62,443 nt of DNA from Clostridia bacterium (GTDB taxonomy: Bacteria; Bacillota; Clostridia; Oscillospirales; CAG-272): the NCBI GenBank assembly GCA_017959065.1, contig JAGDBK010000068.1:1-62443 (forward strand), in the 5' to 3' direction. Both the position numbers and the translations under genes were made by a program. The notes beneath the pieces are model-generated. The model was not told the DNA's origin and ran no database searches. It worked only from the letters and a program-made list of their open reading frames with translations. Numbering within the stretch: position 1 is the stretch's first letter; each line of letters opens with the position of its first letter. Shown here piece after piece: positions 38,261 through 48,085 of the stretch.

Positions 38261-40825
38261 TTGGCACGCAAGGAAAGCACGGAGAACTTTGAATATCCGG
38301 ATCAGAAAATTATCAACGTAAATATGGAGCATGAGCTGAAACAGTCTTTCATTGAATACTCCATGAGCGTAATCATAAGCAGGGCGCTTCCGGATGTTAG
38401 GGACGGGATGAAGCCTGTTCACAGGCGAATACTGTATGCCATGTACGAGGATCATCTTACCCATGACAAGGATTTTTACAAGTCCGCGACGACGGTAGGA
38501 AATGTTCTCGGGCGCTATCATCCCCACGGAGACAGTTCCGTATACGATGCCATGGTCAGACTGGCTCAGCCTTTTTCGCTGAGATATCCTCTTATCGAGG
38601 GACAGGGAAACTTCGGTAACGTCGACGGAGATCCTCCGGCCGCATACCGTTATACCGAGGCAAGGCTGTCAAGAATAGCCGGAGACATGCTTTCCGACAT
38701 TGACAAAAATGTAGTTGATTTCATGCCCAATTTCGACAATAGGAGAAAAGAACCTGTTGTGCTTCCCTCGCGGTTCCCGAACCTGTTGGTCAACGGATCC
38801 GTTGGAATTGCAGTGGGTATGGCCACAAATATACCGACGCACAATCTCCGCGAGGTCATTGACGGTACCGTTTATCTGATGGATCATCCTGATGCGGAGC
38901 TTTCGGATCTTATGAACTACATCAAAGGCCCGGACTTTCCGACCGGGGCACTGATTTACGGATCGAACGGCATAATCGAAGCGTATAAGACCGGCAGAGG
39001 AAAAGCGCTGGTCAGGTCGAGGGTCGAGATCGACGATGAGGAAAAAAGACTTATCGTCACCGAGATCCCGTATCAGGTCAACAAGAGCATGCTGGTCGAA
39101 GCAATAGCCAACCTCCACAAGGACAAGAGGGTCGACGGCATAACCGGGATCAGAGACGAGTCTTCCGAAGAGGCGGGACTCCGTATCGTTATAGAACACC
39201 GCCGCGATGTCAACGGCCAGATACTTCTGAATCAGCTGTACAAATACTCCCAGCTTCAGGACACCTGCGCCATCAATATGCTGGCGATAGTAAACGGAGA
39301 ACCTAAGATACTGGGTCTGAAGGCGATCCTTCAGCATTATATCGCCCATCAGGAGGAAGTAGAGACAAGAAGAGTCAGATTCGATCTTGAAAAGGCGGAA
39401 CAGGAAGCCCATATTTTCCAGGGGTATAAAATAGCGATAGACAATATCGACAGAGTTATAGAAATAATTCGGGCTTCTCAGTCCGTACAGGATGCAAAGG
39501 AGCAGCTGTGTCAGGAATTCTCTCTCACGGACGTTCAGGCGCAGGCAATCGTTGAAATGACTCTGGGACGTCTTTCAGGTCTTGAAAGAAAGAAGATAGA
39601 GGACAGGCTTGAGAAGCTTCAAGAGATCATTGCAGATCTCAAAGGGATCCTGGCCGATGAGGGAAGACTCAAGGAGATCATCAAGGCTGATCTTATCAAG
39701 ATCAGGGACAAATACGGTGACGACAGAAAGACCGAACTGGTTCCCGCGGAAGAGGAGATCGTATACGAGGATCTGATTGAAAGACACAAGTGCGTGATTA
39801 CGATGACACACACAGGATACATTAAGCGTCAGCCTGCGTCGGCATACTCCGCCCAGCGCCGCGGCGGCAAGGGGATAATCGGAATGACGACGAAGGAAGA
39901 GGACTTCATCGAAAATGTGAGCGTGGTTTCAAGCCACTCGTTTATCCTGTTCTTTACGAATCTGGGGCGCGTATATATGAAGAAGGCGTACCAGATTCCG
40001 GAAGCGGGCAGAGCGGCAAAGGGATCCAACATCGTTAACATCCTCGAACTTTCTGAAAGCGAAAAGATAACTTCGGGAATATCGGTTGACGGATTCTCCG
40101 ACAGTGAATATCTGGTAATGGTCACAAAGCGTGGAGTAGTCAAGAGGGTAACCCTTTCCGAATTTGAATATCAGAGGAAAAACGGAAAGAAGGCGATCGA
40201 GCTGGACGAAGGGGATGAGCTTCAGTTCGTTCTGCATACGGACGGCTCTGCGAATATCATCATCGCCTCCCACAACGGCATGTCAGTTTATTATGATGAA
40301 AACGAAGTCCGCGTAATGGGAAGGACCGCAAGGGGCGTCAGGGCTATCAAACTGTCCGAAAATGATTACGTAGTGGGAGTAGCCCTGGCTGACAAGAACA
40401 GACACCTGCTCACAGTCACCGAGAACGGATTCGGAAAGAGGACGTCGTTCGATGAATTCAGGCTCATGCTTCACAGAGGCGGAAAAGGCGTCACGTGCCA
40501 CAAGATATCCGAGAAGACCGGAAAGCTTTGCGGTATAGCGGCTGTGGATGAAACGGACGACGTGATGATGATAACCAACGGCGGAACTATTATCCGCACG
40601 CCTGTCAGCGGAATACCCGTTTACGGCAGGGGCGCAGGCGGAGTAATAGTAATGAGACTCGGCGAAGGCGCGACTTTGGTCAATTTTGCAATGGTTGAAA
40701 AGGATCCGGACGAGGACGAAATCGGAGATGAAACGAATGAAGGCGTTCTGCCGGAAGGCGAAGAGTTCGTCTCTGATGATTTTGCCGATTCGGAGAAAGC
40801 AGAGGAAGAGAGTGAAGAGATTTAA
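38261..40825 (+). CDS. gyrA: DNA gyrase subunit A
   Basis: [20 protein letters not shown], GyrA-box QRRGGKG, acidic tail; TTG start. Confidence 0.98.
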   Translation: MARKESTENFEYPDQKIINVNMEHELKQSFIEYSMSVIISRALPDVRDGMKPVHRRILYAMYEDHLTHDKDFYKSATTVGNVLGRYHPHGDSSVYDAMVRLAQPFSLRYPLIEGQGNFGNVDGDPPAAYRYTEARLSRIAGDMLSDIDKNVVDFMPNFDNRRKEPVVLPSRFPNLLVNGSVGIAVGMATNIPTHNLREVIDGTVYLMDHPDAELSDLMNYIKGPDFPTGALIYGSNGIIEAYKTGRGKALVRSRVEIDDEEKRLIVTEIPYQVNKSMLVEAIANLHKDKRVDGITGIRDESSEEAGLRIVIEHRRDVNGQILLNQLYKYSQLQDTCAINMLAIVNGEPKILGLKAILQHYIAHQEEVETRRVRFDLEKAEQEAHIFQGYKIAIDNIDRVIEIIRASQSVQDAKEQLCQEFSLTDVQAQAIVEMTLGRLSGLERKKIEDRLEKLQEIIADLKGILADEGRLKEIIKADLIKIRDKYGDDRKTELVPAEEEIVYEDLIERHKCVITMTHTGYIKRQPASAYSAQRRGGKGIIGMTTKEEDFIENVSVVSSHSFILFFTNLGRVYMKKAYQIPEAGRAAKGSNIVNILELSESEKITSGISVDGFSDSEYLVMVTKRGVVKRVTLSEFEYQRKNGKKAIELDEGDELQFVLHTDGSANIIIASHNGMSVYYDENEVRVMGRTARGVRAIKLSENDYVVGVALADKNRHLLTVTENGFGKRTSFDEFRLMLHRGGKGVTCHKISEKTGKLCGIAAVDETDDVMMITNGGTIIRTPVSGIPVYGRGAGGVIVMRLGEGATLVNFAMVEKDPDEDEIGDETNEGVLPEGEEFVSDDFADSEKAEEESEEI

Positions 40826-41498
40826 CAGGATTGCCGTGATTGCGGCGGTTGCCGTGTTGTTCGGTTTTGTTGTCGGATGCGCTCCCGCTCCTATCGATAT
40901 TTCGGATGAACGTATCCAGCCTGTTCTTCAGGTCCTGCTTGAAAAGGCGGCGGAGCTGAATGAGATCTACTACGGCACAGGTCTTCCGGTGAACAAAACA
41001 GAGGACGCAAAGTTTTATGAACTGTCGGATGAGGCAAAATACAAGAATTCTGATGAACTGAAAGCAGCCACATACAGGGTCTTTTCGGATGATCTTGCAT
41101 CGCAGATGTTTACAGTAGGAGTCCAGGGCATTTACGATGACGACAGTGATAAGACTGGGATAGATATGGGGCTCAATTCGCGCTACACGAGTATTCTGGG
41201 AGTGTTTTGCATGAGAGCATCCATGTCCGAACCGCTGTTTGAGCTCGGCAGAGAGTACGATATATCCTCGGCAAAGATAACCAGCAGAGGAAGCAAATAC
41301 ATTGAAGTCAGCATAATGAGCGAAAAAGACGGCGAAAAAGCGGAAATAACACTTACACTCGTCCCGGCATACACCCAGAAAGGGGATTCGGGTCCTGCAG
41401 AATTGAGTGAAGATAATGAAAAGACGGAAACAGCAGCCGACGCAGGAGAGCTGCTAGATAAGCCGGAGAACTGGAGACTCGATACTCCGACGTATTAA
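40812..41498 (+). CDS. Hypothetical lipoprotein
   Basis: GTG 40812 overlaps the gyrA end; signal [23 protein letters not shown] (lipobox). Confidence 0.78.
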   Translation: MKRFNRIAVIAAVAVLFGFVVGCAPAPIDISDERIQPVLQVLLEKAAELNEIYYGTGLPVNKTEDAKFYELSDEAKYKNSDELKAATYRVFSDDLASQMFTVGVQGIYDDDSDKTGIDMGLNSRYTSILGVFCMRASMSEPLFELGREYDISSAKITSRGSKYIEVSIMSEKDGEKAEITLTLVPAYTQKGDSGPAELSEDNEKTETAADAGELLDKPENWRLDTPTY

Positions 41499-41634
41499 AG
41501 TAAACGGATTATCACCGTTCAATCAATCGGCAGAAAACCATTATTGTTAACGAATAACGATACAGCAACTAGAAAGGAGATAGCAGGAGAAAAGCATTTC
41601 GGAAAGAAAGGCAGAATATCCTGCGGTGCGTTCG

Positions 41635-42750
41635 ATGAAGAAACCAGTTAAGAAGGAAGCGGTTCTCCCTCAGGATCAGACAGATAAGCAAAAGGCCCTC
41701 TCAACAGCCATTTCGCAAATGGAAAAGAATTACGGCAAAGGCATAATAATGAAACTCGGAGACAGCGCGGAAATGAACGTTTCGGCCGTATCCACCGGAT
41801 CGCTGTCGCTTGATATGGCTCTCGGTGTCGGAGGACTTCCGAGAGGAAGGATAGTCGAGATCTATGGTCCGGAGTCTTCGGGAAAAACGACCGTTGCACT
41901 TCACGCGGTCGCCGAAGTTCAGCGTCTTGGCGGACAGGCTGCATTTATCGACGCTGAACATGCGCTTGACCCGGTATATGCAAAAGCGCTTGGCGTAAAC
42001 ATCGACGAACTGCTGGTCTCTCAGCCCGACAGCGGGGAACAGGCGCTCGACGTGACAGAATCGCTTGTCCGTTCAGGAGCTGTGGATATAGTTGTTATTG
42101 ACTCGGTTGCAGCGCTGGTGCCCCAGGCCGAGATAGAGGGCGACATGGGGCAGAGTCACGTAGGTCTGCAGGCAAGGCTCATGAGTCAGGCACTAAGAAA
42201 ACTGTCCGGTTCTATTTCTAAAACGAATTGTATCGTGATTTTCATAAACCAGCTGAGAGACAAAGTCGGAGTTATGTACGGAAGCCCGGAAGTCACCTCG
42301 GGGGGACGTGCTCTGAAGTACTATTCTTCCGTCAGAATTGATGTAAGGAAGACAGAGAGCCTCAAGTCCGGCAACGAGGTCTACGGAAACAGAACAAGGG
42401 CAAAAGTAGTCAAAAACAAGGTTGCCGCACCGTTTAAGATAGCTGAGTTCGATATCCTTTACGGAAAGGGGATCTCCAAATCCGGAGAAGTGCTCGACAT
42501 GGCGATCGAACTTGACATCATTCAGAAGAGCGGCGCATGGTTCTCATATGGCGGAGAAAGAATCGCGCAGGGAAGAGAGAACGCGAGAAAATATCTTGAG
42601 TCCAACCCGGATATTATGAAAGCCATCGAAGAAAAGGTTAAAGAACTGTACCGTAACGCGGATATAGACGAACTTGAAAAGAAGTCTCTGGAAAAAGATG
42701 AGCTTGAAGGAGACGAGTTCGATATCCGTGTTCTCGATATGGAGGACTGA
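41635..42750 (+). CDS. recA: Recombinase RecA
   Basis: [31 protein letters not shown]. Start is ATG 41635 or GTG 41626. Confidence 0.99.
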   Translation: MKKPVKKEAVLPQDQTDKQKALSTAISQMEKNYGKGIIMKLGDSAEMNVSAVSTGSLSLDMALGVGGLPRGRIVEIYGPESSGKTTVALHAVAEVQRLGGQAAFIDAEHALDPVYAKALGVNIDELLVSQPDSGEQALDVTESLVRSGAVDIVVIDSVAALVPQAEIEGDMGQSHVGLQARLMSQALRKLSGSISKTNCIVIFINQLRDKVGVMYGSPEVTSGGRALKYYSSVRIDVRKTESLKSGNEVYGNRTRAKVVKNKVAAPFKIAEFDILYGKGISKSGEVLDMAIELDIIQKSGAWFSYGGERIAQGRENARKYLESNPDIMKAIEEKVKELYRNADIDELEKKSLEKDELEGDEFDIRVLDMED

Positions 42751-42751
42751 T

Positions 42752-43387
42752 TTGACGGCCCGAATAACGGAGGTCAGCCTTGTTTCCGACGGAAGCGGAG
42801 CAAATGTCTCTCTCGTTTTCCCGGAGGGAGAGAAACGGGTTTACACTGTTTCGGAAAGCTGCTATGAAGATTGGAAGAAGGCGGAGGGAAAAACAATTTC
42901 CGAAGAGGAAGTGGCTTCGCTTGAATCCCTTTCCGAATATCGCAAGGCCTTTATCAAAGCCCTTCAGCTGCTTGAATACGGTGAACTGACAGAAAAAGGA
43001 CTTGCTTTCAAGTTACGGGCAAGGGGTTTTTCCTCAGAATCAATTGAAACCGCTGTCGCGCAGGTCAAGGCAAAAGGACTGATCCGAGAGGAAGACTTCG
43101 CAGACAGAGCGGTCCGCTATTATGTTGAAAAGAAAAACTACGGCCGCGCGAGAATCATGGCAGAGATGTTTAAAAAAGGCTTTTCTAAGGACAGCGTCGA
43201 CTCTGCGCTCGGAAAAGTGGCTGACGAGGAAATAGTCGAAGCGTGCAGGAAACAGATCTGCAGGAACAGAAGCCTTGCGATAAAACTAGCCGGTGATGCC
43301 GCAAACAGAAATAAAGCATATGCCGCCCTTATAAGGCAGGGCTTTACTGTTTCAGAAATCAAAGAAGCCGAAAAGACTGAGAGCTGA
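42752..43387 (+). CDS. recX: Regulatory protein RecX
   Basis: Follows recA; three-helix repeats (KL..RGF, YG..RI..E...KG, L.RQGF); TTG start with GGAGGA SD. Confidence 0.88.
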   Translation: MTARITEVSLVSDGSGANVSLVFPEGEKRVYTVSESCYEDWKKAEGKTISEEEVASLESLSEYRKAFIKALQLLEYGELTEKGLAFKLRARGFSSESIETAVAQVKAKGLIREEDFADRAVRYYVEKKNYGRARIMAEMFKKGFSKDSVDSALGKVADEEIVEACRKQICRNRSLAIKLAGDAANRNKAYAALIRQGFTVSEIKEAEKTES

Positions 43388-43547
43388 TTTTTCCGCTTAT
43401 CGTCTAAAATGACTGAAAAGAACAAACAAATGGCCGTACGGCTTCTGTAACAAACAGAAAGGAGAACGCCGCAGAGTCAGAGGACTTTGCCGGCAAATGA
43501 TTCCTCGGCACCTGAATGGGCAAACAGGGATCTGATTTCACATTCGG

Positions 43548-44873
43548 ATGAAAATAAATGTTATTTCGCTGGGTTGCCCGAAAAATCAGGTTGATCTGGA
43601 GGTAATGGCAGCGGTACTCGAAGAAAAAGGACACGTGCTTGTAAACGAGGATATCGATGCGGACATTGTCATTATTAACACCTGCGCTTTTATTGAGGAA
43701 GCTGTAAAGGAATCGATAGACAACATCCTTGACGAAGCATGGCTCAAGAAAAACCGCGGGCTGAAAGGGATTATTGTCAGCGGATGTCTTGCGGAACGGT
43801 ACGGGGAACAGATATTCAGAGAAATGCCCGAGGTGGATGCGGTAATAGGCGCTGGCAGCATACATGATATTTGCGAAGCGGTGGAAGCGGTCTCTGAAGG
43901 CAGAAAGTTCACATCGCTCAAGCCAATCGATGAGATGGAACTGGGAGGGACGAGGAAACTTACAGGTCCCTGCTATTCCAACTATCTGAAGATCGCGGAA
44001 GGGTGCGATAATCACTGTACATACTGCGTAATTCCCCAGATCCGCGGGCGATACAGATCGAGAAAGATGGAGGATCTGATAGAGGAAGCCCGTTCCCTTC
44101 AGAAGAAAGGCGTCAAAGAGCTTATTCTCGTTGCTCAGGACACTACAAGATACGGTACAGACATATACGGAAAGAAGATGCTGCCACGGCTTTTAAAGGA
44201 ACTTGCCGACAAGACGGAAATACCGTGGATACGCGTTTTATACTGTTATCCGGAAGAGGTGGATGAAGAACTCGCGGAAGCGATCAACTACAGCGATCGC
44301 ATACTCCCGTATATCGATCTTCCCGTCCAGCATATTTCCGATGCCGTGCTGAATCGCATGAACCGCAGAGGAGGAGAAAAAGCAGTAAGGGAAGCAGTGG
44401 CTCTTCTCAGAAAAAAGGTGAAGGACCTTGTTCTCAGAACGACTTTGATAGTAGGATTTCCCGGTGAGACAGAGGAGGATGTCAGACAGCTTTGCGAATT
44501 TGTCGATGAAGTGAAATTCGATCATCTCGGAGTGTTTACCTATTCGAGAGAAGAAGATACACCCGCTTCACTCATGCCCGGCCAGATCGATGAAAAGATC
44601 AAGGAAGAAAGAAAAGAAGCGGTTATGCGCAGACAGCTTGACATCTGCAGCGTCAAAAACGAGGAAAAGGTTGGACAGACGATCGAGGTCATCTGCGAGG
44701 GATACGATGTGGTTGCGGAAACGTATTTCGGAAGAAGCCGCGGAGACGCTCCGGAGATAGACGGAAAGGTCTTTTTCACCGGCAAAAAGGCTATTGCGCC
44801 GGGGACATTCGTGAATGTCAAAATCGAAAAAGCGATAGATTATGATCTGATCGGAAAGACGGTCAATAGTTGA
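43548..44873 (+). CDS. rimO: Ribosomal protein S12 methylthiotransferase RimO
   Basis: SLGCPKNQVD, NTCAFI, CDNHCTYC radical SAM motif, DAPEIDG. Confidence 0.96.
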   Translation: MKINVISLGCPKNQVDLEVMAAVLEEKGHVLVNEDIDADIVIINTCAFIEEAVKESIDNILDEAWLKKNRGLKGIIVSGCLAERYGEQIFREMPEVDAVIGAGSIHDICEAVEAVSEGRKFTSLKPIDEMELGGTRKLTGPCYSNYLKIAEGCDNHCTYCVIPQIRGRYRSRKMEDLIEEARSLQKKGVKELILVAQDTTRYGTDIYGKKMLPRLLKELADKTEIPWIRVLYCYPEEVDEELAEAINYSDRILPYIDLPVQHISDAVLNRMNRRGGEKAVREAVALLRKKVKDLVLRTTLIVGFPGETEEDVRQLCEFVDEVKFDHLGVFTYSREEDTPASLMPGQIDEKIKEERKEAVMRRQLDICSVKNEEKVGQTIEVICEGYDVVAETYFGRSRGDAPEIDGKVFFTGKKAIAPGTFVNVKIEKAIDYDLIGKTVNS

Positions 44874-44890
44874 ATACGGGGGACTGGTCT

Positions 44891-45490
44891 ATGGGAAAAA
44901 TGAATCTGCCAAACAAGCTTACGGTTTTGAGGATAGTCCTTGTTCCTGTTTGCTGGGTGATAATAATGCTGCCGCCGACAGAAGCTATTGAAGGATGCGA
45001 GATGCTTCAAAGGATAATCGGCGCAGTATTGTTCGTTTTGCTTTCATTTACCGATTTCCTGGACGGAATGATCGCGAGAAAATACAATTTCATTACGGAT
45101 TTCGGAAAATTTCTGGATCCGCTCGCGGACAAGTTCCTTGTCATAGGCACATTGGTTGCGATAGCATTTAAGGACAGAGGTGGCGCTCCGGTATATACGG
45201 CGGTGCTTTTTATATCCATAATCGTCGTTGTAATGAGAGAACTGGCGGTCACTTCTCTCAGACTTTTGGTTTCAAAAAAGTCCGGGGAGGTAATAGCGGC
45301 AAAGTGGCTCGGCAAGATAAAGACGGTATCCCAGATGGTTTGCATCATAGTTGTCCTGCTGGAACCGGTGTTATTCGGAGAAAGCCGCATATTGAGCTAC
45401 ATAACGATCTCCTTTATGACACTCATGACTATTCTTTCGGGAATAGATTATTTCAGGTCATACTGGTCATTTATCGATTTCACAAAATAG
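44891..45490 (+). CDS. pgsA: CDP-diacylglycerol--glycerol-3-phosphate phosphatidyltransferase
   Basis: NLPNKLTVLR, TDFLDG.IAR....TDFGKFLDPLADK. Confidence 0.96.
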   Translation: MGKMNLPNKLTVLRIVLVPVCWVIIMLPPTEAIEGCEMLQRIIGAVLFVLLSFTDFLDGMIARKYNFITDFGKFLDPLADKFLVIGTLVAIAFKDRGGAPVYTAVLFISIIVVVMRELAVTSLRLLVSKKSGEVIAAKWLGKIKTVSQMVCIIVVLLEPVLFGESRILSYITISFMTLMTILSGIDYFRSYWSFIDFTK

Positions 45491-45512
45491 AAAGCGAAAG
45501 GCAGAGCAGAAC

Positions 45513-46457
45513 ATGTCAGAGACTGCAACGTATACGATACCGTTGAAAACAATAATGGAAGAACTGTCGCTCGAGGTTCTTTCCGCGCCGGATAAGCTTG
45601 AGGATGTCCTTATCGAAAGAAAGGAAGTCAACCGTCCCGGAATGCCGCTCGCGGGTTTCTACGATCATTATGAGAAAAGCAGGATACAGATTATCGGGAA
45701 AGTCGAATCGCTTTATATAGCTCAGCTGTCCCCCGAAGACAGATTTAAGAGTCTGGATGCTTTTTTTGCCAGCAAACCGGTGGCTGTTGTCATAACGACG
45801 TCCATTGAACCGGCAGAGGGGATGACTGATCTCGCGTCGAAATATTCGGTTCCTCTGCTCAGGACACCGGAGAACACTTCCGAATTCATGGCCAGACTGA
45901 TTGCGTATCTGAATGTTGCGCTTGCGCCGAGACTGACCAGACACGGAGTCCTTGTCGAGGTTTACGGAGAGGGAATTCTCATTCTGGGCGACAGCGGAAT
46001 AGGAAAGAGCGAAACGGCGATCGAACTGGTAAAGCGTGGACACAGGCTGATTGCCGATGACGCGGTGGAAATCAAAAGGGTCTCGGCAAAAACGCTGGTC
46101 GGTTCGGCGCCGGAGATTATCAGACACTATGTGGAACTCCGCGGTATCGGAATCGTTGATGTCAGGAGGATTTTCGGCATGGGATCCGTAAAGGATACCG
46201 AGAAGATCGATCTGATTATCAAACTCGAGCCATGGGAAAGCGGAAAAACGTATAACAGGCTTGGAGACGAGGATGAATACACAGAGATATTAGGAATACA
46301 GATCCCGTCGATTCTGATCCCTGTCAGGCCCGGAAGGAACCTGGCGGTCAGTCTCGAGATTGCTGCTATGAACAACAGACAGAAAAGGATGGGGTACAAT
46401 ACAGCTGTTGAATTCAACAAAAAGCTGATGGGGCAGAGCAGTGAAGACGCAAGGTAG
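45513..46457 (+). CDS. hprK: HPr kinase/phosphorylase
   Basis: HGVLV, GDSGIGKSE, LIADD, ELRGIGI, PVRPGRN. Confidence 0.98.
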   Translation: MSETATYTIPLKTIMEELSLEVLSAPDKLEDVLIERKEVNRPGMPLAGFYDHYEKSRIQIIGKVESLYIAQLSPEDRFKSLDAFFASKPVAVVITTSIEPAEGMTDLASKYSVPLLRTPENTSEFMARLIAYLNVALAPRLTRHGVLVEVYGEGILILGDSGIGKSETAIELVKRGHRLIADDAVEIKRVSAKTLVGSAPEIIRHYVELRGIGIVDVRRIFGMGSVKDTEKIDLIIKLEPWESGKTYNRLGDEDEYTEILGIQIPSILIPVRPGRNLAVSLEIAAMNNRQKRMGYNTAVEFNKKLMGQSSEDAR

Positions 46458-46923
46458 CCGAAAAAAGATCACCGTTTATACAGACGGCGCATGCAGCGGC
46501 AATCCCGGACCGGGCGGATGGGCAGCTATCCTTGAATACCGCGGGACCGAAAAAGAGATTTCCGGCGGCGCCCCGGAAACGACAAACAACCGGATGGAGG
46601 TCACCGCCGTGGTGGAAGCGCTCTCAATACTTAAGGAACCATGCGAAGTTGAACTTCATACGGATTCACAATATATTTGCAACAGTATGAACAACGGATG
46701 GGCAGAGAGCTGGAAAGCAAAGGGTTGGAAAAGAAAAGGCGGAGAACCGGCATTGAACGCCGACCTTTGGGATAAGGTGCTTGATTTGTGCGCCGTCCAC
46801 GATGTGACTTTCATATGGGTTAAGGGCCATGACGGCGATGACAGAAACGAAAGATGCGACAGACTTGCGGTTTCCCAGTCGGTCGCTTTTCAAAATAATC
46901 AAACAGACAGGGCGAAGCTATGA
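46441..46923 (+). CDS. rnhA: Ribonuclease HI
   Basis: YTDGACSGNPGPGG, TTNNRME, TDSQY, WVKGH, NERCD. Confidence 0.97.
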   Translation: MKTQGSRKKITVYTDGACSGNPGPGGWAAILEYRGTEKEISGGAPETTNNRMEVTAVVEALSILKEPCEVELHTDSQYICNSMNNGWAESWKAKGWKRKGGEPALNADLWDKVLDLCAVHDVTFIWVKGHDGDDRNERCDRLAVSQSVAFQNNQTDRAKL

Positions 46924-48059
46924 TTAAAATGCTGCATTTTGCGGATGTACATCTTGACAGCCCGTTTTCTCTTTGCGATGCAAGCCAGAGCGTAAAGAGA
47001 AGAAACGAGCATCGGGCGGTATTCACATCTGTGATGACCTATGTACGGACCAGCGGAATAAAATATGTGCTGATCTCCGGAGACCTGTTCGATATGAGGG
47101 CAGTTTCAAGGGAGACGGTCGATATCGTTCTTCGCGAATTCAGTGTTAATCCGGGGACCAGATTTATCATTTCTCCCGGGAACCATGATCCGTATTCCTC
47201 TGAATCTGTTTATTCCAAAGTCAGATTTCCGGACAACGTGTATATATTCAAGTCCGAGGAGCTTACCAGACTGGAATTTCCGGATGACGGCGTGGATATC
47301 TACGGATACGCGTTCACTTCGTCCTCTCTGGTCAAGTGCCCTATAGTGGGCAGAAGCGTGGAGAACAGTGAAAGGCTGAATATCCTGGTGGCACACGCGG
47401 ATACTTCTTCCGCGATTTCGAGATACTGTCCCGTTACGGAGAAGGATATCATCCGGTTCGGCGCTGATTATACCGCGCTTGGACATCTGCACAATACCGA
47501 CGGGGTCCATAGTCTGTCTAACGGCGGCCTGTACGCATATTCAGGGTGTCTGGAAGGCAGGGGGTTTGACGAATGCGGGTACAAGGGAGCCATCCTTCTG
47601 GACATTAATTATGACAGAGGTGCCGGAACGAAAAAGATCTCAACCCATCCGTACCGTTTTTCTAAAAGGAGATATGCTTCAGAGGAGATCGATGTGACCG
47701 GTCTTTCGGAGACGGACGAGATAGTCGAAAGGGTCAGGAGCAGAATAAATGAAAAGCATTACGGTGAAGAAACTGTTCTTCGGGTCGTGCTTACGGGCTC
47801 TGTTTCGCCGAAGCTTACCTCTGACGTTTCCGCGATTGAATCAGCACTGTCTCCGCTGTATGCTTTTGAATTGCTTGACCGCACGTTTCCGGTCTTTGAC
47901 GATGATTTTCTGAAATCGGATGTAACGATCAGAGGGGAGTTTTACAGATCGATGCTCCCGAAGATGACATCGGGCTCACCGGAAGAGAGGGAGCTTGCAG
48001 CCTGGGCGCTCAGGTACGGCCTTTCTGCGCTTGCCGGAGAAAACATTATTGATTTTTGA
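46920..48059 (+). CDS. Mre11/SbcD-family metallophosphoesterase (YhaO-like)
   Basis: ADVHLD, SGDLFD, GNHD, ALGHLH. Confidence 0.92.
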   Translation: MIKMLHFADVHLDSPFSLCDASQSVKRRNEHRAVFTSVMTYVRTSGIKYVLISGDLFDMRAVSRETVDIVLREFSVNPGTRFIISPGNHDPYSSESVYSKVRFPDNVYIFKSEELTRLEFPDDGVDIYGYAFTSSSLVKCPIVGRSVENSERLNILVAHADTSSAISRYCPVTEKDIIRFGADYTALGHLHNTDGVHSLSNGGLYAYSGCLEGRGFDECGYKGAILLDINYDRGAGTKKISTHPYRFSKRRYASEEIDVTGLSETDEIVERVRSRINEKHYGEETVLRVVLTGSVSPKLTSDVSAIESALSPLYAFELLDRTFPVFDDDFLKSDVTIRGEFYRSMLPKMTSGSPEERELAAWALRYGLSALAGENIIDF

Positions 48060-48085
48060 TGTCTGAGAACGGAGAAGTATGACAG

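Noticed and set aside
38500-38560. Quinolone-resistance substitution in GyrA
   Set aside because: The QRDR reads HGDSSVYD with the susceptible-type Ser and Asp.
41499-41634. LexA box upstream of recA
   Set aside because: No GAAC-N4-GTTC found; the GAAC-N5-GTTC near 8920 has the wrong spacing.
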